Assembly (NCBI GenBank): GCA_973895155.1
Contig: OZ316891.1
Coordinates: 19,493,048-19,557,047 of the forward strand
Direction: 5' to 3'
Length of the DNA: 64,000 nt
From: Marsupella aquatica
Taxonomy: Eukaryota > Plantae > Marchantiophyta
The notes under the pieces were generated by a model. That model saw nothing but the letters and a program-made list of their open reading frames with translations, did not search any database and was not told the origin of the DNA. Positions 1 to 10,188 of the stretch are shown here, in pieces. The first letter of the stretch is position 1. Each line of letters starts with the position of its first letter. Both the position numbers and the translations under genes were made by a program.

Positions 1-40
1 CGACGAGACGTATCCTTTAGTCACCTTGTAGCGCACTTAC

Positions 41-252
41 CTGTCAAGGGAAATGACATTCATCTTCTTCGAGATAATCGCAACTCCCTCCGGTGATTGC
101 TGCTCTGCCGCCTCGAATGTGGACTTCTTCTTCGTGACTCTTTCCGGGCTCTGCTGTGGAGGCTTGACGAACGCCGCTGCAGGCTGAATCAGAACAGGAA
201 CCTGGTGCTGCAATTCAGCAAGAGCTTTCCGCGCACGGTTCCTGGTAATCAT
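41..252 (-). CDS. Probable first coding exon of an unidentified gene running off the left edge
   Basis: ATG at 252 (MITRNRARKALAELQ...), frame open to a canonical AG|GTAAGT donor at 41/40. No recognisable domain. Confidence 0.45.
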
Positions 253-669
253 TTTGTCTCTGCTCTCCTCTGCTCAGCGGATCAGTGCTCTTTCCTCGCC
301 TTTTCTATACTCTCCTGCTGTTTCCTCATACTGAGGCGACGATGCTCGCAAGACGCATCAATCTACGCACAGCACAGTAGTTGACATCGAATCCGACATA
401 CCCCTAATCCAGCCGTTACGGTATTCTTGTACTCGCGATTTTTGAAAATCTGTAATTCTGTAGCCAGTCTTCGCCGGCGGCCCAATGCCCAAAGGATCGG
501 GCAGACAGTCTACATTGCTTGACTGCTTCTATGAGGAATCTACAGACGCTAAACGTCTAGAATACTGAGGAAGCTACAGATGCTAAAAGTCTACTCTAGG
601 GGTCTCAACAATTTGATGGAAAGTAACTCTCTAGTTATGGGTTACTAGTTCGATGTCTGTGCATTGCAC

Positions 670-1130
670 AAAAGATGTTGAGGTGAGATAAGATGTCTAT
701 ATGAGGAAAAGATATCGAGGTGAAAAAAATGAGGAAAAAGATGCAGATGAGGAAAAGAAAAAAAAATGAGAAAAAGAAGTTGAGGTGAGAAAAAAATGTT
801 GAGGAGAGAAAAGATGGCGAGGTGACAAAGAGACTTAAAGATAAAGGAAAGACCTCAAGCAGAGAAAAAATGTCAAGGGTGAGGAAAATATGTGAAGGTG
901 AGAAAAAGCTTGCAAGATTTAGAAAAAAAAAACAAGATGTTGAAATGAGGGAAAGATGTCAAGTCAAGTGAGAAAAGATCTCAAGGAAAGAAAAGATGTC
1001 GAGGGGTGAGAAAAAATGTTGTGGTGAGATAAAGATGTCAATATGAAAAAATATATCAAGGCAAGATAAAGATGTTGAAAATAAATAAATATATCAAGAT
1101 TAGAAAAATATGTCAAGGCAAGGCAAAAAC
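670..1130 (+). repeat. Degenerate purine-rich minisatellite (~19-20 bp unit, GAGAAAAAGATGTYGAGGT-like)
   Basis: Repeated AAAGATGTTGAGGTGAG/AAGATGTCAAG variants visible across the interval. Confidence 0.7.
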
Positions 1131-2187
1131 AAATACGCTTTGCGATGTGGTGGTGAGATATGTTATGTGTGATCTTGAATGACTATATAGTTGTTGTGGT
1201 CATGTTCAATAACCCCACATAAAAATTAGAGACCCCAGATAGTGGCCACCACATCATAGAGTTTAATTGTGTTTCTATGAGGCAGTTGTGGGCAGGCTAA
1301 AAGGCAAACATTTATTCTAAATGAGGTTCATGGATAAATATGACTAAATCCAAAAATAAAAATTAGATGAAGGATCAAGATTGGTTCCCACTTTTCCATC
1401 AGTTTATTTTGGCCTCAAATAATTAATTTTTAGCTTTTTGAAAAAACAAAACTACTTATGTTCACACTCAATCAAATATATATATATATATATTCACAAT
1501 TTCATACGCCCATTTTAGTTTATTTCATATTCCTAATTCTACATCTATTTCCTTCTAAATACGTAGGCTTTTAACATGTAATGATTGAGACCTATATTAA
1601 ATATATGCGTATACCAAAACGTTTTGGTGTACTTAATTTCTTGGGGGTCTCATTATATGAAGGCCTCCCCATCACCTACGACATTTTCAGGCTCTGACCC
1701 CCTAAAATGTAAGAAATTTTTTATTTTTTTTCAACCCCTATAAAGCTGGAATATTCCAAAATTTGGTTAGAAGTACCCTAATGTTCTTATAAGTCTCAAA
1801 ATTGGATTTAAAAGACCTTATTGTTCTTCTGAGAAAATTCTTAAGTCTTCTCTTTGAACAAGTAAAATGGCCATATCCTTCGTCGCATGTGATGTGCCAT
1901 TTTTGTGGAAGTGAAACCCCCGAGCGTAATACGTACCCTAAGGTCCTATTTGCTTGGGTGGACACTTAGTTCTAGTTGATCAAATGCTAGAATTAAACCT
2001 TACATAAATCCAATGGTCAGGCTTTGTTCCCACCAAATTTGAGTTTGTAAAAGGACTATTGACAACTTTTGGCGGGCTTCTTTATTATAGTTGTAGATGG
2101 ACACAAAAAGTTATGGACTACATAATTCATAGTCCATAACTTTTTGCCCTAAGGACTGGTCTTATGCCATGACCATTAGTTACTGTA

Positions 2188-2531
2188 TGTTAGATATTGC
2201 TCTAGTCTTGTGACTCATGAACTAACCAAAGTTAGTCTAACTCGGGTCAGAACTTAGCTAATGTTAGCGGTAGTGCTGTTGTGCATATAGCCAGGGCTAA
2301 TGCCAGACCCTGGTGAAACTTAGGCTCATTGTTACGGAGCTAGATGAGAGATAGGGAGAGTTTGTGCTATGGATGCTTGGTATGGCCAGTCAGCCTAGAG
2401 TGCAGTAAAGCTCTTGTGTGTTCCCGTGGACGTAGCCTCATGTGGAGGTGAACCACGTATCTCTCTGTGTCGACTCTTGTGCGTTGGATGGTTCATGGGC
2501 TTGCCGTTACGAATGTCGTCTATGCTCAACA
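2188..2531 (+). mobile_element. Solo LTR of the Ty1/copia family at 7073-13958
   Basis: 344 bp, TGTTAG...CTCAACA; 5-bp TSD CTGTA at 2183-2187 and 2532-2536; about 14 substitutions versus the full-length element LTRs (by eye); no PBS or PPT adjacent. Confidence 0.95.
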
Positions 2532-4410
2532 CTGTAGAAGCTGGTGAAAAACAAAAAAACAGCTTTTATACAATGACCATTAATTTGCCCAAATGACCAA
2601 AGGTGAAAAAGTTATGACCTTTTGTTATGACCAAACGCCATCATCCCTAATTTCCAATCTTTGAGGCTCCCTAATATTTATCACATTGCCAAACCTGGAG
2701 ACAGGGTCCCAAGGGTCCCAATAGCAAAGCAAACCAATAAAGCGGGGAAAAAAAGGGGAGAAAAACCACAAAAGACCAACAAGCCAAGGAGTCCTCCACG
2801 TCAACAACTGAACAAAGACAGCAACAAAGAACCTACAAAGAAACCGATAAAACTAACACCCTGCTTGGGGGAGAACTGAAAAGGTGATAGAGTTCCGGAG
2901 GTTCTAAATTAAGCAAAGTGCTCCTCGCAAGAACAGGAAAAGAAAATAAGACTTTTGAAGATGATGGCTTTTCGGAGAGATATACTTGATGGACCTCCTT
3001 AATGAAAACTGTTACCCCACCAGTGATCCAAACAATTGGTGGACCTTCAATCAACGTACCCAAAATCTCATGGGCCCTCATTGGGTCCAGCAACTAACAC
3101 TTACCAATTTAGGGGTCTCTGGCTCTTGGACATGAAGGAATGGTCATAACTTTTTCACAAGGTTATATAATTACAAGTTTATTTTGTTTTCTTTCATTAG
3201 CGTCTACAGTGACTAATGGTCATGGCATACAACCAATCTTTATGACAAAAAGCTATGCACTGTGAATTTGGTAATCCGTAACTTTTTGTGTCCGTAACCC
3301 ATAACCATGGAGTTACGGTCCATCAAAATCCGAGCTTTGAGATAAGTACCCTAATATAAAGGTGGACGGAGGGGTTTCCTTTGCCCATCCCAGGGATTGT
3401 GTAAAGTCATTCATCAATTTACATTTACACTTGAACACCCATATATTGTGTAAAGACATCTGTCAATTTATGTACAAACACAAAGAAGTGACTTGGTGCT
3501 TTTGGAAGGACTAAAGTAATTTTTCTGGTCACCTTGACCAACTTACTATGGTTTTTGGCAAACTTGTGCATTCATTTGGACAACTTTTGGATCTTTGTTT
3601 AATCTTTAATTTTGCTAGCACGTCCTCTGATGTACTACTACCTATTGACCAAGAATTTCGCTTTGAAGCCATGGATTTCCAAGCTTGAATGGATTGGTGC
3701 AGAACATCTACTGCACATAGACTCTGGTAGCACCTTTTATAGTTTTGATTAAATCTGACCTGTAAAAAGGCTCCTGACCATTTGCAACCATTTTATTTAG
3801 TTCAGGGTGGTAAGTTGCTCCTCATGCCCAATCTACTTGGGGTATCCTTCACAAAATTGAAGCTTCCTTCACAAAAGTGGAACATCTATTGACTTAGTTT
3901 ATAATGTTTGACCATTTTTGCGCTCGCCAGAATTGGAGCATATGATGTAAAACAAATATAGATGTTTGATGAGGAATCCACTCTAGCTTGAAGTCTACCC
4001 GTGGTCTGTTTATATGCTGAAGGGAGTAAACAAAATCCAACCTTTAGATGTTGGATGAGGAACTTAGATGAAGGTCTACCCATGGTCTGTTTACAAACTG
4101 AAATGAGGAAACAGAATCCAACCCTTACATGTTTCATGTTTTCCACTAGCTCCTTTTGGATTTACTAAAAGGAGCAAATCCAAAAGGAGCTGTCCAAAGG
4201 GGGCTTATTGTCCTTTCTGGGAACTGCACATCAAAAAGCAGAGCATAGGATGTATTGTGCCACATGGGATGTGCACATGTATTGGACTCATTTTCCATAC
4301 CATGATATAGTAGGCTGTTCTTTTATAGCACTAAGTGTTGTTCCTTCTTTCAAGCTAGGTACATGGTAGGTTGCTGCATTTTCATGTGTAGTTACCGGAA
4401 TGCATATTAT

Positions 4411-4430
4411 TGTGTGTGTGTGTGTGTGTG
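4411..4430 (+). repeat. (TG)n microsatellite
   Basis: TGTGTG... run of 10 units. Confidence 0.9.
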
Positions 4431-4659
4431 GGTGGGGGAAGCGGGGGGAAGGAGAGAGGTAAGTAATATGGTCTTAGAAGGTACATGTGTACAGATGGTA
4501 TGCAATATGGTCATAGATTGTACATGGTAGATATACAAGTGGTACATAGAAGCCCGGTTTAATCTGACGGGCACCTTGACGCCTTGTCGGGCACGTCAAA
4601 TCGTCAAATGACGGCCCGAAAACACGCAATTTGATGTATATTCCTGAAGATTCTCCCGA

Positions 4660-5185
4660 ACGAACCCCGACTTCCCCGGACCTTTCGCGAACTCCTCCCT
4701 AGCACCCCGGACCTGAACTCGAACTCCCCCTGACCCGAACCCGGACTCCCGGGCCCTTCCCGGACCCTCCCCGGACCCCCACCCGAACCCTCCCCGGACC
4801 CCCACCCGAACCCTGCCCGGACCCTTCCGGGGCCGGCCGGGGTAAAGGGGGCCCGGGGGACGGGATTCGGGGAACCGGGGACGGGGGCATTCGGGGAAGA
4901 GGATTCGGGGAACCGGGGAAGGGGGGGCGGGAAAGGGGGGCCGGGATTCGGGGATTCGGGGAACGGGGTTCAGGGAATGGGGTTCGGGGAACGAGGTAGG
5001 GGGTTCGGGGAAGGGGGTTCGGGGATGCGGGGAACGGGGTTCGGGGAACGGGGTGCGGGGTTCGGGGAACGGGGTGCGGGGTTCGGGGACGGGGCTCGGG
5101 AATTGGCGGCCGGGGAAGAGTTAGGGGCGGGATTAGGGTTAGGGGAGCGAGATTAGGGTTAAGGGAGGCGCAATTAGGGTTAGGA
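4660..5185. repeat. Left subterminal GC-rich array (CCCGAAC/CCCGGAC, then GTTCGGGG) followed by TTAGGG telo-box-like repeats
   Basis: C-rich units ~4660-4830, complementary G-rich units ~4840-5110, ATTAGGGTTA(G/A)GG repeats ~5120-5185. Confidence 0.85.
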
Positions 5186-5317
5186 TCGAAGATTAAGAGT
5201 TTTAAGAGAGGATAAGAAGTAGATGATTTAGTATAAGTAGGAATAACTAATTCATTTCACTAATCCAAAGTCTCATTGTGTTTCTCTCTCTTGTGGTTTA
5301 GCATTAGGGAGAGATCG

Positions 5318-5667
5318 GAGGGATACATTGGAACTCTTGTACGCACATGCTTTGAGCTCGGCTCGGTCTGCGATAATTCGTACGAGAAGTTCCTTATATC
5401 GCCTTAACAACTTTGCATCATTGTTTTATTTGAAAGTGAACTACTTGCGAGTAAAGAGATACCCATGTGCATATGCTTAGAGCTTTGGCTCGGTCTATGA
5501 CATTTCATATGGGTATCACAATTTCTCGTACATATGTTCACTTCAAAGATAAACTATTGTGAAGTTATAGATATTACATAACATAGGTTGAAGTAGGGAT
5601 GTTGACAAATATAAGAATTTGGGAAATTTTCCTGCGCATGCTTTGAGCTTAGGCCCAGTCTGCGATA
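5318..5667 (+). promoter_or_regulatory. Left-arm block with three ~34-bp motifs (GCATGCTTWGAGCTY.GCTCGGTCTGCGATA), inverted copy of 21644-21990
   Basis: Motifs at 5343-5375, 5469-5502, 5634-5667; motifs and spacers are colinear with the reverse complement of 21644-21990. Regulatory role is inferred from position upstream of the transposase ATG. Confidence 0.6.
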
Positions 5668-7418
5668 ATTCAGGAAAGTAACCCATTGTACTATATTTGT
5701 TATATTCACAAAATCAAAAGAATCAACCCTTTTATTTTTTTACCATTGAGAGTCGTAACAATGTCCGATGAAGAGGATTCGCATGAAACTGGATATCATT
5801 CCACTACTCCCAGGCCTGGTCCAACTCGTGTGCAAGAACACCCTTCAAAACAATCTCCAGTGTGGAGATATTTTGAACGATGTGATGCGCCTTCAACATG
5901 TCATGATGTCAATCGTATCTATCGAAGATGCAAGTATTGTTTAACATACGTTACTCATCATGCAACACGAGCAAAGGCACATTTGATGGGAAACATCCAA
6001 AAAGGGGATGCGCCCCCTTGCATGCAACTCTATGGTGTCGTCGATTTGGATGCCATCAACATTATGTACAATGTGATAAAGGTTCCACCGACCTTAAAGT
6101 ACAAACGACGAGATGGAAGTCATATCTTGCGGGATGTGAGAGGTCGTAGGCCAAGCGTTGGAAGTTCATATTCGCAAGCATCCACACGAGGGTCAAACTA
6201 TGTTGACATGGATGATACACATGTAAGGGAAGGAGATAGGCCAGTAAATCTTCCTAACCCAATTATGGATGCCTATCAAATTCCAAATAGAACAAATTTG
6301 GATAAGCTTTGGGCGAAAGCTTTCTACACCAGTGGTATTCCATTCAATGTTTCAAATAATCCTTTTTTTCGAGAAGCAGTCATAGAGACTTCAAAAGGGA
6401 TTGTCAATGGTTATTCTCTACCTACGATGCGAAGTTTGCGATTGAAATTATTGGAAGACAGTAAGGAGGATCTCACAAAGGACATGATGCAAACTTTAAA
6501 GGAGGCAAAACCTTATGGGTATTCTCTTTCTTCAGATGGATGGGAAAACGTCCGAAGAGAACCTTTGATGAATGTCATGTTGTTGACTTCTAAAGGTGAC
6601 TTCTTCTTGGATAGTTGGAATGCTGCGCAAGCTGACAAGAAAGATGGGAAATATCTTGGCGACATGTGGTTGAAATACATTGAGGATATTGGTGCAGATC
6701 ATATTATTCAAATCGTAACTGATGGAGCACCCGCAAATCGCGTAGCAGGTTGTGAGGTAGTCATGAAAACGTATCCTCATGTCACTTGGAGCTGGTGTGC
6801 TACCCACGTGTTTAATTTGCTGCTAGAGGATATGTGTGGTCACAAGCGTGTAGTGCTAGATGATGCTGGACAGAATCCATTCCAAAAGATTTTTAAACGG
6901 TTGAGGTGGATAGTAAAAGCAGTTTCATCATCGCAAAAGCTTTCTGCAATATTTGCAAGAAAATCTCCTGACAAAAAACTGTTGAATCCAAATGCAACTA
7001 GATTTGCGATCAATTTCCTAATGGCACAAAGAGCGTTGGAGCTAAGAGGAGCTTTACAACAGATGGTCATTGTGTTAGATATTGCTCTAGTCTTGTGACT
7101 CATGAGCTAACCACAGTTAGTCTAACTCGGTTGAGGACTTAGCTAATGTTAGTGGTAGTGCTGTTGTGCATATAGCCAGGGCTGATGCCAGACCCTGGTG
7201 GAACTTAGGCTCATTGTTACGGAGCTAGTTGAGAGATAGGGAGAGCTTGTGCTGTGGATGCTTGGTATGGCCGATCGGCCTAGAGTGCAGTAAAGCTCTT
7301 GTGTGTTCCCGTGGACGTAGCCTCATGTGGAGGTGAACCACGTATCTCTCTGTGTCGACTATTGTGCGTTGGATGGTTCATGGGCTTGCCGTTGCGAATG
7401 TCGTCTATGCTCAACAAG

Positions 7419-7430
7419 TGGTATCAGAGC
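7419..7430 (+). other. Primer binding site complementary to initiator tRNA-Met 3' end
   Basis: TGGTATCAGAGC two bases after the 5' LTR end. Confidence 0.9.
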
Positions 7431-9139
7431 ATGCCTGGGAGGTGACGAGGTTTTTCATGATAGGTTTTTCCAGCGTTCATTGTCGATGGTACATTCAGAG
7501 TTTCGTCGCATGAAACTCGAATGTGTGTGGCTGAGCGGATAGGTTAGTGAGAGGGCTTTCTAACGGTGGTTAGAACTCGCTGATCAGTATCTGTGGTGCG
7601 GAGGAATTGAAGTTTGCGTCGTTCAGGGTTTATTCGTGTTCGACGGTATTTTGGGGGAGAGACCAGAGCTTGCGTTTTTCAACGGTGTGAGTTGTGCGGT
7701 GTTCGGGAGATCGCACATTATAGCTCAAGTTGAAGGTTGAAGCGAGCTGGTCGTTTCGGTTGTTGGATTGCTGCCGAGTTGTTACCAAGTGAGACGTGAC
7801 GAGTGACGGAGGCATTCAGGTTTTTTCACAAGCTATGGAGCTTGTTCCCATCTGAACTGGGTTTCTCTTCGTGACGACTGACTTGGTGGTAGAAACGCGA
7901 AGTGCTACGGCTCAACGGTTTGATCACGGCGAAGCGGTCATTTTGAGCCCGGGATTGGCACTTGACGCAGAGTGAAGGCGTTGCGGCGGAAGTTGTTACT
8001 CTGCTGGAGCTGCAGACCGTGCCGGTGAAATTTGGCCACTTTTTCCGTCGGCGGCATTCACTTTTCTCGTTAGAAACAGTGGCTTTTCAAGTGAGTTTTT
8101 CATTCACTTTTTCCCGGGGGGAGTTTTTTGCCTTTAAGGGGGTTCTTTTTGGGACTTGTGTGTGTATACACACACCCTGCCCTCCCGATACTCCCCCTCC
8201 CCCGTGTATTCGCTTTCCCCCCCCGGCGCACCCCATTTATACGGCACCTCACGCAGCGCCGGCCGGCGCTATTAGCGTGACGCGCCTCGCGCCCCGCCCC
8301 CTCTTTAGGCCCCGTTTAAACCCCCGCCGTCTTGCTGCTTGTAGCCGCGACAGGGCAGTCGCTCCCCGGCCGTGCCTTCGTTCGCACCGGGCTTTATCGC
8401 CCCCGCGACCCTGCTCCTGCTATGCGCGACGGCGAGCAGCTGCCGCCGGTCGCTCACCCCTTCCCCGCTGAGTTTTTCCCAACACCGCACCGGATGCCTG
8501 CCCCGGCGGCTGTATTATTTACTCCCGGCCCCCGCCTCAATACCCTGTACGCTGCCTAGCCCGTCTCGCGTCGCCTATACGCGACGCGGATGCGCCTTTT
8601 TTATACCTGTATTTTTTTGAAATTAGGGACTTTGCACCCCCTTTAGGCCCCATTTTTAGCATTTTCTTTCTCCCTTGTTTTCCCTTTGTGTCGGGACCTG
8701 CTGCCCTCCATTTTAACCACTTGGACAGGGGGAACGGCCCCCTGTGAGACCTGTCGGACTGTGCGGGCATATTCCCAAAAAACAGAGAACTGTTTTTCGG
8801 CCGTCCGACAAAGATTCTGTCCGCCGAACGGTAACTTTTTTGGTTCTTTTTCGGTGAGGACGTTGCCACTGGAGTTAGCATCACGGCGCACCGATCACAT
8901 CCCGATTCCGACGACGGGTTATACTGGGTATTTTGGTTATTCTCCGAGGTGGTCAAAATGGGGGAGTTTCCCAAGGTTTTACCCACCCCGACCGAAATTT
9001 GAATAACTTTTTCGTCGAATTTTGATTTTGATTTTGGCTTTCAGTATTGGACTCCTAGCTTCATGGGCTACGCGGCGGTGTTGAGTTTTGAGTTTTGTGA
9101 GAAGTTTCGAAAAAAGACGTTTTTTCGTGATTGTTTCAT

Positions 9140-10188
9140 ATGAGTGACTCGGAGGATACTGGAAGAATTGGCATCGGTGGAGCTTCAGGATCGCGATGTT
9201 CAGGCGAAGAGTCTGAGGAGGAGCTGCTACCATTTGAGGAGGAACAAGTGACACCGGTACGATCACCGGTGCGACGTGCAGTCGAGGAAGCTGTACTACT
9301 ACCAGAGCTATTGGTAGTTGGGAAGAAGAGGGAGATGGCTAGATTTGGAGGAGTGAAGTTTGAGGTAGAGAAGTACGATGGTCGTACTGATTACTTGCTA
9401 TGGGAGAAGCAAGTGAAGGGTGTCCTTCGGGCCATGGGCTTAGCTCATCTGCTCTCTTCGCGAGAGCAGTATGATGGAGAAGAGGATCAGAGAAGCAGTG
9501 GAGACAGGAGCAGGTGATTGCTGTTAATGCAGTGATGCTTTATCTGAAGCCGCACATCATCAAGCAGTTGGATGATTATGCGGATTGCGCATCACTGTTC
9601 AAGGCTCTTAGAGAGAAGTACTACCGGGAAGATGCGTCAGACCGGCTGTACAAGAAGTCTCTCTTGATGAGCCTCAGGCTCAAGGAAGGGAGCAAGATGC
9701 AGGATCATCTAGATGAATTTGACAGTCTAGCGGTGGATCTGTCAAACCTGGGAAAAGGAGTTGAAGATGACGATAAGGCCTTGCTTCTGCTAAGCTCCTT
9801 ACCATCGTCATATCAGGGCTTGAAACATGTGCTCTTGTATAGAGATCTGAAGTCCATTTCGTATAATGAGGTGGTGAGCTCTTTACTGTCTGATGATGCT
9901 CAGAAGAAACTGGGTCAATCACAGACAGCATCTTCTTCTGGCACTGCGCTGAATGTGAACCGGGGAAGACCAGCGCAGCGCACAAATGGGCAGAACAGGT
10001 TTAGATCTACATCACGGGGGAGATCTAAATCCAGAGGGAAATCGCAAGAGAGGAAGCCTCTTGCATGTTGGAATTGTGGCAAGCCTGGCCACATGAAAAG
10101 GGATTGTCGAGTAAAGGTCCCTACTGCATCTAACGCGGCATCGAGCTCGCATGAGGTAGATTTACTCGATGATGATGACATATTGTGA
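9140..10188 (+). pseudogene. gag: Copia gag (frameshifted), with zinc knuckle
   Basis: KFEVEKYDGRTDYLLW.. motif, frameshift near 9470-9490, LLSSLPSSY, CWNCGKPGHMKRDC (CCHC); ends at TGA 10186-10188. Confidence 0.88.

Larger units (their letters stand above)
611..3330. mobile_element. Degenerate foldback/MITE-like element with long inverted arms, interrupted by later insertions
   Basis: Reverse complement of ~3135-3330 matches 611-645 and then 2098-2187 + 2537-2625 (GGACACAAAAAGTTA...ATGCCATGACCATTAGT.ACTGTAG, GTGAAAAAGTTATGACC). Exact termini and TSD not resolved. Confidence 0.55.

Noticed and set aside
4148-4191. Short hairpin AGCTCCTTTTGGATTT...AAATCCAAAAGGAGCT
   Set aside because: Probably a collapsed MITE remnant; too short to classify.
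5343-5667. Regularly spaced ~34-bp repeats resembling a CRISPR array (also 21644-21990 and 23632-23940)
   Set aside because: Eukaryotic context, spacers too long and homologous between arms, no cas genes.
7962-9006. Overlapping Pro/Arg/Ala-rich ORFs in the copia leader
   Set aside because: Expected from GC-rich sequence; no domain signal, mostly non-ATG starts.
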